Of a DNA stretch of 64,000 bases, positions 39,448-49,713 are shown one piece after another. A model generated the notes under the pieces. That model saw nothing but the letters and a program-made list of their open reading frames with translations, was not told where the DNA came from and did not search any database. Source of the stretch: Pseudomonadota bacterium. GTDB taxonomy: Bacteria; Pseudomonadota; Gammaproteobacteria; Competibacterales; Competibacteraceae. The number at the start of each line of letters is the position of its first letter. The stretch's first letter is position 1. Location of the stretch: the NCBI GenBank assembly GCA_030917925.1, contig JAUPTV010000232.1, positions 7,082 through 71,081 on the forward strand. Direction: 5' to 3'. The translations under genes were made by a program, and so were the position numbers.

Positions 39448-40074
39448 ATGCCTTCCCCTTACCAACCGCTGGCTTTTCATCGCATGGAAACCGGCGTCGG
39501 TTATTTTCGCCCGCAGCAAACCTTACCCAAACTAGTGAATATTGACGATCCCGCGCTGCTGGCCATGACCGATCTGAGTCTGGTCACGACCCATACGACC
39601 GAACTGGCCACGCCGTTGACTAAAGCCTTGGAAACCATGGTCAAGCGAGGTGTGCGTCTGCTGCTGGTTCAGGACGCCAATCGGCAAATTATCGGGCTGA
39701 TCACCAGTCGCGATATCGAAGGCGAGCGGCCCGACCGGATTCTGGCCAAAGCGGGCGGTGCCTGGGAGGATTTACTGGTTGCCGACATTATGACGCTCAA
39801 GCCCAAGCTGGAAGTCCTGCTTATGGAGGATGTCGCGAAGGCGCGGGTCGGGGACATCATCGCCACGTTGCGGCAGGTCAACCGACAACATGCGCTGGTG
39901 CTGGATACCGACCCGGCGACCGGTCAGCCGACGGTGCGCGGTCTCTTCTCGCTATCGCAGATTGGCGTACTGCTCGGACTGGACATTGATCCGACACAAC
40001 AGCCGACCACCTTCGCGGATTTGGAACGTGCAGGTATCGACTACCCGATGGCCAGCGCCGCAGTGGAACTGTAG
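39448..40074 (+). CDS. CBS-pair domain protein
   Basis: The ATG at 39448 follows GGAGA. The motifs LLLVQDANRQIIGLITSRDI and HALVLDTDPATGQPTVRGLFSLSQI are CBS-type. Confidence 0.65.
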   Translation: MPSPYQPLAFHRMETGVGYFRPQQTLPKLVNIDDPALLAMTDLSLVTTHTTELATPLTKALETMVKRGVRLLLVQDANRQIIGLITSRDIEGERPDRILAKAGGAWEDLLVADIMTLKPKLEVLLMEDVAKARVGDIIATLRQVNRQHALVLDTDPATGQPTVRGLFSLSQIGVLLGLDIDPTQQPTTFADLERAGIDYPMASAAVEL

Positions 40075-40086
40075 CCAATCGCGCCT

Positions 40087-41172
40087 TCAGGGGTGAGTCA
40101 GCGCATGATCCAGCGTTTCGTGTAACTGCCGGGCATCGACATCGCAGGCGATGACGCCCTGCCCCAGGGCGCGCAACAGGATCAGCCGCAACTGACCGTC
40201 CTTAATTTTCTTATCCACCGCCATCAACCGCAAGAAATCCCCGGATGTCAAGGTTGGCGGCGGCTTCAGTGGCAAGCGGGCGCGGGTCAGCAGAGCGTAA
40301 ACCCGTTCGACGCATTCCTGACTCAGCCAGCCCAGCCGCGCTGACAAATCCGCCGCCATCACCGTCCCTGCCGCCACCGCCTCGCCATGCAACCATTCGC
40401 CATAACCCACGCCGGTTTCAATCGCATGGCCGAAGGTGTGGCCGAGATTGAGCAAGGCGCGTTCACCGGTTTCCCGCTCATCAGCAGCGACAATTTCGGC
40501 CTTGTTGCGACAGGAGCGCTCAATCGCCTCGCTCAATGCTGTCGCATCACGAGCCAGTAAAGCCTCCAGATGCCTTTCCAGCCATTCCAGAAATGGCAGG
40601 TCGCGGATCAATCCATACTTGATCACTTCCGCCAGACCGGCGCTCAGTTCACGATCCGGCAAAGTCGCCAGCGTGTCGGTGTCGGCCAGTACGCACTGCG
40701 GCTGATAAAACGCACCGATCATATTTTTGCCCAGCGGATGGTTGACCGCCGTCTTACCGCCAACTGAGGAATCGACCTGGGCCAGTAGTGTCGTGGGAAT
40801 CTGGATAAACGGGACGCCGCGCTGATAGCAGGCGGCGGCCAATCCGGCCAGATCGCCGATCACCCCACCGCCCAGGGCAATGACCGTGCAATGCCGGTCG
40901 AACCGGTGATTCAACAGCGCCGTGAAAACCGTGTTGAGGGTTTCCAGGGTCTTATACTGCTCGCCATCCGGCAGGATCACCGCTTCATGGCGCAACCCGT
41001 CTAGCGCCGCCCGCACCGGTTCCAGATACAGGGGGGCCACCGTGGTGTTGCTGACCACCAGCGCTTGCCGTCCGGCGATATGTGGGCGCAATAACTCAGC
41101 GTGTCCCAACAGACCGGGGCCAATGTGGATCGGATAGCGGCGGTCGCCGAGTTCAACATGCAGGGTTTTCAT
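40087..41172 (-). CDS. aroB: 3-dehydroquinate synthase
   Basis: [15 protein letters not shown] with [10 protein letters not shown] and HTFGHAIE motifs. The ATG at 41172 overlaps the aroK stop (ATGA). Confidence 0.92.
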   Translation of the reverse strand: MKTLHVELGDRRYPIHIGPGLLGHAELLRPHIAGRQALVVSNTTVAPLYLEPVRAALDGLRHEAVILPDGEQYKTLETLNTVFTALLNHRFDRHCTVIALGGGVIGDLAGLAAACYQRGVPFIQIPTTLLAQVDSSVGGKTAVNHPLGKNMIGAFYQPQCVLADTDTLATLPDRELSAGLAEVIKYGLIRDLPFLEWLERHLEALLARDATALSEAIERSCRNKAEIVAADERETGERALLNLGHTFGHAIETGVGYGEWLHGEAVAAGTVMAADLSARLGWLSQECVERVYALLTRARLPLKPPPTLTSGDFLRLMAVDKKIKDGQLRLILLRALGQGVIACDVDARQLHETLDHALTHP

Positions 41173-41717
41173 GGAGCGGGAATCAGACACGCGCTGTCCT
41201 CTTGAATACGTTTGATAATTTTCTGGACAATCGCCCGTGGCGACTGGCCATCGCTGGTAATGATCAGATCAGCGGCCTCCCGGTATAGCGGATCGCGGAT
41301 CGCCAGCAACGATTCCAGTCGGGTGCGCGGATCGGCAGTTTGTAACAAAGGGCGGTGATGATCATGGCAGGTGCGAGAAAGTTGCTCATTCACCGAGGTC
41401 TGCAAATAGACCACGAAACCGCGTCTGACCAGACAGCGACGGTTATCCGGGTCCAGAATAGCGCCGCCGCCGGTAGCGAGGACGATAGCGGGACGCTGCG
41501 TCAATTCGGCAATCATGGCCTTTTCGCGGATGCGAAACCCGGTCTCGCCCTCGACCTCAAAGATCAGCGGAATGTTGGCACCTGCTCGTTGCTCAATCTC
41601 TTGATCACTATCCAGAAAATCCCGTTGCAGTACCAGCGCGAGCCGACGGCCAATCGTAGTTTTACCTGCGCCCATCGGTCCAACCAGGAAGATTCGGGGA
41701 ATAGCATTCAGCGGCAT
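41169..41717 (-). CDS. aroK: shikimate kinase
   Basis: 182 aa with P-loop [12 protein letters not shown]. The aroK-aroB order is canonical. Confidence 0.92.
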   Translation of the reverse strand: MPLNAIPRIFLVGPMGAGKTTIGRRLALVLQRDFLDSDQEIEQRAGANIPLIFEVEGETGFRIREKAMIAELTQRPAIVLATGGGAILDPDNRRCLVRRGFVVYLQTSVNEQLSRTCHDHHRPLLQTADPRTRLESLLAIRDPLYREAADLIITSDGQSPRAIVQKIIKRIQEDSACLIPAP

Positions 41718-41812
41718 CGTGCGCTCCTGGAAGAATCATGCTGAAAAAACCACTAGACTTTGCAGTAATCATTGAACAATCACAAGACCAAAACCTGCGT
41801 TGAGACCTTGCC

Positions 41813-43207
41813 ATGAATATACCCGACGGACCACTGAATAATGCACTGAACGCCCTGCGCGATTACCTGCAGGGCATGATGCGCGATGTTATCGCCCTGC
41901 GCGAAACCGATCACCATGGCAAACAGCGCTTCGGTGAACTCACTACCGAGGTGGAAGCGCTTCGCCAGGAGCTACAAGGCTTGCAGCAACAGACCCCAGC
42001 GCTGGAGACGCTCCGTCAGGAGTTGTTGACCGCTCTGCGCGAGATTGACAACCTCCACTGCCAACGCGCCGACCAACTCACGACCGAGATGGAGACGCTG
42101 CGCCAGGAGTTATTGGCCGCCTTGCGCGAGATTGACGACCTCCATTGCCAACGCGCCGACCAACTGACCGCTGCGATGGAGACCCTGCGCCAGAGTCTGC
42201 AAGGCACCCAGCAAAACACGGCGGGTCTGGATGCGCTCCGTCAGGAAGTGCAGAGCCTCCGCCAGAATAACCCGGACCTTGATGCGCTCCGTCAGGAAGT
42301 GCAGAACCTCCGCCAGAATAACCCGGACCTTGATGCGCTCCGTCAGGAAGTACAGAGCCTCCGCCAGAATAACCCGGACCTTGATGCGCTCCGTCAGGAA
42401 GTACAGAGCCTCCGCCAGAATAACCCGGACCTGGATGCGCTCCGTCAGGAAGTGCAGAACCTTCGCCAGAATAACCCGGACCTGGATGCGCTCCGTCAGG
42501 AAGTGCAGAACCTCCGCCAGAATAACCCGGATTTTGACGCCCTCCGCCAGGAAGTGCAGGGTCTCCGGAAAAATCTCTCGGAGATAGAGCGAAGCCTGCG
42601 TGTTCAACAGGCCAAAGCCCGGGAGCAACTGGAGGCGCACACTCAGGAATTGGCGGCGCTGACCGAACGCGCCCAGACGCAAAGTCAGGAAGTGGGCGAA
42701 CACATTCAAACCCTCACCGGTCTTCACCGGCAGGAACAGTCTCAGCGGGAAACGACGCTGGAGACGCTCAATAAACTGAACGAACGCACAACTCATCTTG
42801 AACAACAGATGAACGCGAATCAGTCGCGATCTGCCGATACGCTGCGCATTGATCAGAACCGGTTAGCGGCGCTTGAAAAGTGGCTGACCACCCAGGCGGA
42901 ACAGTTTAGCCGGTTCGATCCCATACTTCGTGAATTGCATGGGGAACTGGTTTCAGCCCATCAGCGGTTGGCGGCGCTGGAGTCAACCGGCGTTGCCGAA
43001 GCGCTGGATCATCACGAGCAGCGCATCGATGAAGTGGAACAGCACGTCCATGATCAGTCAACCACCCTGGACGAAATGCAGCAAACCCTCGAACAGTTGT
43101 CGGTTCAAGCGCCCGCCGCCGCCAAACTCAACAAGCTATTGATGGGCGGACTCGCTGCTGCCAGCATCATGATCATCGTGCTGCTGGCCGTTCTGATGGT
43201 TTCCTGA
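41813..43207 (+). CDS. tail-anchored coiled-coil protein with tandem repeats
   Basis: 464 aa, almost entirely heptad-like L/Q/E-rich. A single C-terminal TM helix (LLMGGLAAASIMIIVLLAVLMV) is present. Confidence 0.6.
   Translation: MNIPDGPLNNALNALRDYLQGMMRDVIALRETDHHGKQRFGELTTEVEALRQELQGLQQQTPALETLRQELLTALREIDNLHCQRADQLTTEMETLRQELLAALREIDDLHCQRADQLTAAMETLRQSLQGTQQNTAGLDALRQEVQSLRQNNPDLDALRQEVQNLRQNNPDLDALRQEVQSLRQNNPDLDALRQEVQSLRQNNPDLDALRQEVQNLRQNNPDLDALRQEVQNLRQNNPDFDALRQEVQGLRKNLSEIERSLRVQQAKAREQLEAHTQELAALTERAQTQSQEVGEHIQTLTGLHRQEQSQRETTLETLNKLNERTTHLEQQMNANQSRSADTLRIDQNRLAALEKWLTTQAEQFSRFDPILRELHGELVSAHQRLAALESTGVAEALDHHEQRIDEVEQHVHDQSTTLDEMQQTLEQLSVQAPAAAKLNKLLMGGLAAASIMIIVLLAVLMVS
42005..42583 (+). 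repeat. in-frame tandem repeats: 2.3 x 87 bp followed by about 7 x 51 bp
   Basis: The 87-bp units start at 42005 and 42092 (ETLRQELL.ALREID.LHCQRADQLT..M). The 51-bp units run from 42227, with starts every 51 nt to 42533 (LDALRQEVQ(S/N)LRQNNPD). The 51-bp units are nearly identical at DNA level. Confidence 0.9.
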
Positions 43208-43221
43208 AAGCATGGCGAATA

Positions 43222-43259
43222 CCGGTTTCCCTGTGTAGTCATCGACCTTTGGAAACCGG
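43222..43259. terminator. 9-bp hairpin at convergent gene junction (no T-tract)
   Basis: CCGGTTTCC (43222-43230) pairs with GGAAACCGG (43251-43259). The hairpin spans the stop codon of the minus-strand GGDEF-EAL gene. Confidence 0.3.
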
Positions 43260-46052
43260 CTGTTGCACGGTCAGCAGAGACTGCAAAAACGCCTCTGCCG
43301 GTTGCGGTTTTCCATACAGATAGCCCTGGAACAACACGCAACCCCGATCTTTCAGAAATGTCGCCTGTTCGGTTGTTTCCACGCCCTCCGCCACAACCGC
43401 GAGTTGCAGATGCTGCGCCACCGCCAGAATAGCTTCCACCAGGGCCGCATCGCTGGCATCGGTGGTTGCGTCCTGCACGAAACTCCGGTCGATTTTCAGT
43501 TCATCGATGGGCAACCGTTTCAGATAGGCCAGCGAGGAATAACCCGTCCCAAAGTCATCAATGGATAGTTGCATCCCCATCGCCTTGAGTTCATTCATTT
43601 TGGCAATCGTCCCGACCAGATCATCAATCACCAGCCCTTCGGTCACTTCCAAAGTCAGGCAGGTCGGATCTGCGTTCGTCGCCATCAGAATGGCCTTGGC
43701 GCGACGCACGAAGCCCGGCTGCCGAAATTGGCGCGGGCTGACGTTCAAGGCCAGCCGCAACGACCGTCCCGCAGCGGTCAATCGGGTCATCACCCGACAC
43801 ACCTCGGCCAACACCCATTCACCCATCGGCACAATAAATCCCGCTTCTTCCGCCAACGGGATGAAGTCCATGGGCGAGACCAGTCCCCGTAGCGGATTTT
43901 GCCAGCGCAACAACGCCTCAGCGCCGACGATGCGGCCCGCCTCATCCACCTGGGGTTGGAAATACAACCGCAATTCATCCCGCACCAGCGCCTGGCGCAG
44001 TTCACCCTCCAGCGCAAAACGGGCCTCGATCTGCGACTGCATGGCCGCTTCAAAGAAACGCACCCGGTTGCGCCCGGCGGCCTTGGCCTGATACAGCGCG
44101 GTATCCGCCTGCTTGAGCAGATCATTGGCGGTTTCCCCATCGGCAGGAAACAGCGTGATCCCGATACTGGCACCCACATGATACTCGCTCTGGGTCGCCA
44201 GAAACGGCAGGGCGATGACCTGACGAACTTTCTCGGCGACATGGCGAGCCGCTCGACCGGCCTCTTCCGTCGAGGAAGACAGATTCGCCAGCAACAACGC
44301 AAATTCGTCGCTGCCCAGTCGGGCGACCGTGTCTTCTTCCCGCAAACTGTGGACCAACCGGGCCGCAACCTCCTGGAGCAGGCGATCCCCGGTTTCATGA
44401 CCGCAGGCGTCATTGAGCCGCTTGAAGGCGTCCAGATCCACCAGGAGCAATGCCCCGTGACGCCCTTCGCGGTGGGCAATGGCCCGTGCGCGACTGAGGC
44501 GATCCAGAAACAAGCGGCGGTTGGGCAATTCCGTCAGCGGATCGTAAAAGGCCAGGCGGCGGATGGTCTCTTGCGCGGCCTTCTGCTGCGTCAGATCAAT
44601 ACAGGTCGCGACAAAATGGGTGATCGTTCCCTGATCACTATGCACCGCCGTAATCGACTCCCACTGCGGATACATCTTGCCATCACGATGCCGGTTCCAA
44701 ATCTCGCCCGACCAGCGCCCCTCCGTCAATAGGTGATGCCACAGGGTCGCGTAGAAATCAGCTTCGTGGCGGCCCGAGCGCAGCAGGCGGGGATTTTGGC
44801 CAATCGCTTCTTCAGGGGCATAGCCGGTCAGCCGGGTAAAGGCGCGATTCACCTGCTCAATGGCCCCGTTTTGATCCGTAACAAACATCGCCTCGGCGGT
44901 TTCAAACGCCACGGCGGCCAACCGCAATTGCACTTCGGCCTGTTTACGCTCAGCGATGTCCATGATCATTGAGGCGATCTGATCGACCACCTCGACATCC
45001 TCAGCAGTGTAATTTTTCGGCTTGTTACCGACGCCAATGACGGCGGTAATCAACCCGTTGCGCACGACTGGGACAGTGAGTTCGCGCACAATCGGCGCAT
45101 GGCCCTGGGGAAGCCCCTTATGATCGGGAAGATTGGGATAATCATTATGAATCACCGGCCGGCGTTGACGGATGCAATCCACCCAGACGCCCGCTTCACT
45201 GATCGAATAGTGCTGCCCCTGGCCCTCGGCAGTACACATACTTTGCAGCGTGTGGGTGGACCAGGCTTGCAACGTCAGTGTTTCCTGGTCCGGAGCCACA
45301 AAATGGAAAAAACCGATTTGGCTGTGGGTAAACTGCTCAGCGGTATCCAGCGCTTTCTGCAACAGATCATCGAGACTGCCCTGAAACGCGAATTCCGAGA
45401 GTTGCAAACGCGCCTGGAGCAAGGCCCGGGACCGGCGCAACGCCTGATCGGTTTCGACCAACTCACTGATGTCGTTGACCGCGATCAATAGACGCGGGAC
45501 GGAACCCGATGCCGAAGGTGTGGCCGATATTTCCTGGCGTCCGGTCAGGCGGGCGGCAAAGTTTCGTTGCTTTTTCCCATAAAGCCGTGTGGTAATGCTC
45601 TTGCCTGCGGGATGCTGGAAAAACGCCTTGAAGCGACCCAAAAAAATCTCACGATCCGCACCTGCCATAAAATCGACCAGGGCGCTGCCGGTCAAATGGG
45701 CAAGGTCAGCATCCAGCATCGTACACAGGGTTTGATTGGCGCGCTGAATGATGCCATTGGCACCCAAGGTCAAATAACCCACCGGTGCTTGATGATAGAG
45801 CTGAGCGTAGCGATCCCGGGTATCCTGCAATTGACGCTGGGTGTTGCGCAATTCTTCGTTCTGCAGCTCCAGCTCAATCTGATGCACTGAAAGATCATGG
45901 ATCAATCGTTCGATGGCCTCCGACGAGAGATCAATCTGTTTTGCGCGGGATTGCGCCAGCAACGCCTCAGCCCGCTCGCGCAAACTGGGCTGGTCATCAT
46001 CCGTAAATTCCGCAGCTATCGTGATGTCATGAAGTTTTTTGATCAACAGCAT
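43239..46052 (-). CDS. PAS-GAF-PAS-GGDEF-EAL c-di-GMP signalling protein
   Basis: 937 aa. It has PAS motifs (FVTDQNGAIEQVNRAFTRLTGY) and a GAF-like segment. The GGDEF domain has RLGSDEFALLL (GSDEF variant, plus-strand 44301-44315). The EAL domain has EALLRW and DDFGTGYSSL. Confidence 0.85.
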   Translation of the reverse strand: MLLIKKLHDITIAAEFTDDDQPSLRERAEALLAQSRAKQIDLSSEAIERLIHDLSVHQIELELQNEELRNTQRQLQDTRDRYAQLYHQAPVGYLTLGANGIIQRANQTLCTMLDADLAHLTGSALVDFMAGADREIFLGRFKAFFQHPAGKSITTRLYGKKQRNFAARLTGRQEISATPSASGSVPRLLIAVNDISELVETDQALRRSRALLQARLQLSEFAFQGSLDDLLQKALDTAEQFTHSQIGFFHFVAPDQETLTLQAWSTHTLQSMCTAEGQGQHYSISEAGVWVDCIRQRRPVIHNDYPNLPDHKGLPQGHAPIVRELTVPVVRNGLITAVIGVGNKPKNYTAEDVEVVDQIASMIMDIAERKQAEVQLRLAAVAFETAEAMFVTDQNGAIEQVNRAFTRLTGYAPEEAIGQNPRLLRSGRHEADFYATLWHHLLTEGRWSGEIWNRHRDGKMYPQWESITAVHSDQGTITHFVATCIDLTQQKAAQETIRRLAFYDPLTELPNRRLFLDRLSRARAIAHREGRHGALLLVDLDAFKRLNDACGHETGDRLLQEVAARLVHSLREEDTVARLGSDEFALLLANLSSSTEEAGRAARHVAEKVRQVIALPFLATQSEYHVGASIGITLFPADGETANDLLKQADTALYQAKAAGRNRVRFFEAAMQSQIEARFALEGELRQALVRDELRLYFQPQVDEAGRIVGAEALLRWQNPLRGLVSPMDFIPLAEEAGFIVPMGEWVLAEVCRVMTRLTAAGRSLRLALNVSPRQFRQPGFVRRAKAILMATNADPTCLTLEVTEGLVIDDLVGTIAKMNELKAMGMQLSIDDFGTGYSSLAYLKRLPIDELKIDRSFVQDATTDASDAALVEAILAVAQHLQLAVVAEGVETTEQATFLKDRGCVLFQGYLYGKPQPAEAFLQSLLTVQQPVSKGR

Positions 46053-46092
46053 CTACCTGAAAAGCGAACCCACCTGCCGAGACAGCCAGACA

Positions 46093-46980
46093 TCAACGCT
46101 GGCGATGTTGGCTCAACCGCTGCTCCAGTCGCCGGGATAACCGGGACAGACCAAAACACAGTAGAAAATATAACAGGGCGACCGTCAACCAGACTTCAAA
46201 CACCCGTCCGGACGACACGGCCAGTTCCGTGCCCGTAAATGTCAGTTCCTGAATGGAAATCAGCGAGATTAATGACGAATCCTTGACCAGTGAGATAAAT
46301 TGCCCGGCCAGTGGCGGAACCATTTTGGCCACGGCCTGCGGCAACACCACCTCACTGAGTACTTGCCCGGAATGCATCCCCAGCGCCTGGGCGGCTTCCG
46401 ACTGGCCTTTGGGAACCGCTTCGATGCCGGCGCGGACGATCTCGGCGACGTAAGCGCCCTCGAACATCGCCAGACACATCAGCCCGGACAGAAAATTCGG
46501 CAACAGTTCCGGCGGGCCGAACAGCCAGTCCAATACCACCAAAGTTTCCGGGCTGGCGCTGGCGATCCAGTCTTCGATAGCCAGAACCGGCATGATCTGG
46601 CCACTGATGAAAAAATAAAAGATAAAAATAAACACCAGCGGCGGAATATTGCGAATCAACTCCACATAAGCGCGGCTGATCAGGCGCAAAAATAGACTCT
46701 GCGCCACTCGGCACACGCCCATCACCCCACCGATCAGTGCCGCCAGCGCCCCACCCCAGACGGTTAATCGCACGGTGGCCAGAAACCCCTGGCCAAGCAG
46801 ATTCAAGGTCCATTGCCCGGAATCAGCCTCCTGGCGCAAAAAATAACCGGGGATTAGCTGCCAGTTCCAATTGTAATGAAAGTGGAATTGCGCCCGGTAA
46901 AAGATATAGCCGATCAGGCCCAGTCCAACGGCCAGAATCAGCGCATCAAGCCAGCCAAAACGCAACCGGGGCGGCGGCAT
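46093..46980 (-). CDS. amino-acid ABC transporter permease
   Basis: 295 aa with a polar amino acid permease signature around YVELIRNIPPLVFIFIFYF and the EAA-like loop GQSEAAQALG. Confidence 0.8.
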   Translation of the reverse strand: MPPPRLRFGWLDALILAVGLGLIGYIFYRAQFHFHYNWNWQLIPGYFLRQEADSGQWTLNLLGQGFLATVRLTVWGGALAALIGGVMGVCRVAQSLFLRLISRAYVELIRNIPPLVFIFIFYFFISGQIMPVLAIEDWIASASPETLVVLDWLFGPPELLPNFLSGLMCLAMFEGAYVAEIVRAGIEAVPKGQSEAAQALGMHSGQVLSEVVLPQAVAKMVPPLAGQFISLVKDSSLISLISIQELTFTGTELAVSSGRVFEVWLTVALLYFLLCFGLSRLSRRLEQRLSQHRQR

Positions 46981-46983
46981 CCG

Positions 46984-47790
46984 TTAAGGTCTCGCGCCGG
47001 GACTGGGCAGCCAACGCTCCAGCCCGCTCACCAGCAACGACAGACTGGTGGTCAGCGCCAGATACAAGGCGGCGACGGTAAACCAGAGTTCAAAAGTCAT
47101 AAAAGTCTCGGCAATCAGGTTACGCCCCTCCGTCGTCAAATCGGCGACGGCGATCACGCTGACCAGGGCGGAGTGCTTGATCAACGAGATGGCTAATCCG
47201 GTCAAGGGTGGCAACACCAAGCGAATAGCTTGCGGCAGGATGACGAAGCGATGGACCGCGTGAGAGGACAGGCCGAGGGCGTGCCCCGCTTCCCATTGAC
47301 CACGGGGAACCGCCTCAATGCCAGCACGGAAGATTTCGGCGGCAAACGCGCCTTCAAACAGCGCCAGCGCCAGGATGGCGGCGACAAAGCGGTCCATGTC
47401 GAGAATCGGCGCGAGGATAAAATAGACCAGATAGAGCTGCACCAGCATCGGGGTATTGCGAACGATTTCGACGTAGAGGCGCGCCATGGCATGACCCGCC
47501 CACGATGATGAGCGTTGCAACAACGCCGCTGTCAACCCAAACACCAGGGTCAGCAACAAACTCCAGCCGGTCAATTCCAGCGTCACGCCCAGGCCGTGCA
47601 GCAAGGGACCGGGATAAAATGCGCCCTCTTCAATGCGATAGAGGTACTGCGGAATCCGGTACCATTGCCAGTTATAGTGCAGAGCGCTGGCACCTTCGAC
47701 AATCAGCCAGCCCAGTCCCAGCAGCACCGCCAGAAACGCCAGACTATCGAACGCCAGCCGCTGCCGACGCCGGTTCTTTTTGCTACTCAT
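46984..47790 (-). CDS. amino-acid ABC transporter permease
   Basis: 268 aa with YVEIVRNTPMLVQLYLVYF and GQWEAGHALG motifs. It lies adjacent to the second permease. Confidence 0.8.
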   Translation of the reverse strand: MSSKKNRRRQRLAFDSLAFLAVLLGLGWLIVEGASALHYNWQWYRIPQYLYRIEEGAFYPGPLLHGLGVTLELTGWSLLLTLVFGLTAALLQRSSSWAGHAMARLYVEIVRNTPMLVQLYLVYFILAPILDMDRFVAAILALALFEGAFAAEIFRAGIEAVPRGQWEAGHALGLSSHAVHRFVILPQAIRLVLPPLTGLAISLIKHSALVSVIAVADLTTEGRNLIAETFMTFELWFTVAALYLALTTSLSLLVSGLERWLPSPGARP

Positions 47791-48355
47791 CCAGCCACAA
47801 CACGCCCAGCTCCAGGGCTACCTCGTCAAACGGCGCGACGCGCACGAGTTCCTGATTCTGGAGCTGTCCCGTCACCGTCCAGTGCCCATTTTGCCAAGTG
47901 AACGTTTCCAAAGTCCGCTCACACGGGTCCACCAGCCAGAGATAAGGGACTTTATAGCGGGCGTAAACCGGCATTTTAACGGCGAGATCCTTGCGGGCGG
48001 TGGAGGGCGATAAAATTTCACAGGCCCAATCCGGCACGACCTGAAAACGATGATCACGGGGCGGCTGTGGCATACGCTCCCGCCGCCAACCCGCCAGATC
48101 AGGCACGAGCACCTCGACATCGCGGATGAAATGAACTTCCGGCTCTACCAGAATCCACCAGCCTCCTGGACCACCTCGGCCACGATGATACGGCTGGTGG
48201 ATATCGGCAAGCAGCGAAGCGCCCGCTACGGCATGGGGTCCAGCCGGACGGGGTTGTACATAGAGTTGGCCATTGATGAGTTCACCGGTCAGATTTTCCG
48301 GCAGAGCCTCAATTTGGGCATAAACATCATAAGATTCGGCCAGCGCGACAGACAT
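47783..48355 (-). CDS. Uma2-family (DUF820) PD-(D/E)xK endonuclease-like protein
   Basis: 190 aa. VPDLAGW...VPDWACEILSPSTARKDLAVKMPVYARYKVPYLWLVDP matches the Uma2 pattern (PDL..EILSPST..D...K...Y...GV.EYW.VDP). An 8-nt overlap with the permease start is present. Confidence 0.75.
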   Translation of the reverse strand: MSVALAESYDVYAQIEALPENLTGELINGQLYVQPRPAGPHAVAGASLLADIHQPYHRGRGGPGGWWILVEPEVHFIRDVEVLVPDLAGWRRERMPQPPRDHRFQVVPDWACEILSPSTARKDLAVKMPVYARYKVPYLWLVDPCERTLETFTWQNGHWTVTGQLQNQELVRVAPFDEVALELGVLWLDE

Positions 48356-48597
48356 GGCGACTCTCCTTCAGCCAGACGACCTGATTTTTAAAACTGATTC
48401 TAACCGTTTCAGCCGTCATTGCCCGGTATTTCAGGCTTCCTTCCTGAAGAAAAATTACAGGATTGGAGAGATGAACGGAAGCGCCCTTGTTAATACACTT
48501 ATTTTATCCTAGCCTTTTCAGGAACTCCGGTAACGTTATCTCTACGTTATTTTGAGCGATCAAATATCCTAATAATTAGATTTCGGAGAACAACATC

Positions 48598-49686
48598 ATG
48601 TCCAATCCATCGAGATTAACTCGCTCAGTTCAGACGCTGGCCTTGTCTGCAGCGCTCTTCACAGCGGCGCTGCCCTTCACTCCATCTGCCGATGCGGCCA
48701 AGGGCGACCGGGTGCGCTGGAGCGTACCCATCGCGTTTTCCAGCACCTTGATCGCGCTGGGCGATACCCTGCCCTGGGTGGCGCAACGTCTGGGTGAGGC
48801 GACGGACGGTTCAATCAAGTTTGAAGTCTTTGAGCCGGGCAAGGTCGTTCCCGGCAACGAAATTTTCGATGCGGTCAGCAGCGGCAAGGTCGACGCTGGC
48901 TTCAGTTGGATGGGCTATGAACAGGGCAAGGTGCCTGCCTCGGTGCTGTTTGGCGCGGTGCCCTTCGGCTTTACCCCCTGGGAATATATGTCCTGGTTCT
49001 ACTACGGCGGCGGCAAGTCACTCATTGAAGAGGTCTTCGCACCGCATAACACCGTGCCGATCTTTTGCGGCATCGTCAGCCCGGAGACCGCTGGCTGGTT
49101 CCGGTTCGAACTGAAGTCGCTGGACCAGTTGAAAGGGCTGAAAATCCGCTTTGCGGGTCTGGGCGGCAAGGTGCTGCAAAAGATGGGCGCCAGCGTCACC
49201 GTGATGCCGGCGGGCGAATTGCAGCAGGCGCTGGAAAAGGGCGTACTCGACGCCACCGAATTCTCCATTCCCACCGCTGACGAGCAGATCGGGTTCTACA
49301 AGGTCGCCAAGTTCAACTATTTCCCCGGCTGGCACCAGCCGTACACCGCCCAGTATCTCTATGTGAACAAGGCGTCCTGGGACAAGCTCTCACCCGCTAA
49401 CCGGGCGATCATTGACACCACCTGCACTGCCGGCGTCGGCATGTCACTGGCCAAGTCGGAAGCGACTCAGGCGGCGGTCCTCAAAAAGTACGCTGAGGCC
49501 GGGATTACGACGACCAAACTGTCCGACGATATTCTGAAGGAACTGAAAAAGGTTTCGCAGGAAGTGATGCAGGAGGAAGCCGCTAAAGATCCCCTGTTCA
49601 AGAAGGTCTGGGAATCGCAAAAGACCTTTGAAGCCTCCTACGCCAAGTGGCGGGATCTCGGCTATTTACCGGCCAGTTCGCGATAA
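48598..49686 (+). CDS. TRAP transporter substrate-binding protein (DctP family)
   Basis: 362 aa with a signal peptide. It is followed by small and large TRAP permeases. Confidence 0.8.
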   Translation: MSNPSRLTRSVQTLALSAALFTAALPFTPSADAAKGDRVRWSVPIAFSSTLIALGDTLPWVAQRLGEATDGSIKFEVFEPGKVVPGNEIFDAVSSGKVDAGFSWMGYEQGKVPASVLFGAVPFGFTPWEYMSWFYYGGGKSLIEEVFAPHNTVPIFCGIVSPETAGWFRFELKSLDQLKGLKIRFAGLGGKVLQKMGASVTVMPAGELQQALEKGVLDATEFSIPTADEQIGFYKVAKFNYFPGWHQPYTAQYLYVNKASWDKLSPANRAIIDTTCTAGVGMSLAKSEATQAAVLKKYAEAGITTTKLSDDILKELKKVSQEVMQEEAAKDPLFKKVWESQKTFEASYAKWRDLGYLPASSR

Positions 49687-49713
49687 TCCCCCCATCGCCT
49701 GGAGTTGAACCGC

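Noticed and set aside
42227-42583. Whether the regularly spaced 51-bp repeats form a CRISPR-like array.
   Set aside because: The repeats are contiguous with no spacers, in frame within a long coiled-coil ORF, and no cas genes are present.
42110-42805. ORFs 42231-42587(+) and 42110-42805(-), which have strikingly periodic translations.
   Set aside because: They are artefacts of reading the 51-bp tandem repeats of the coiled-coil gene in other frames or on the other strand.
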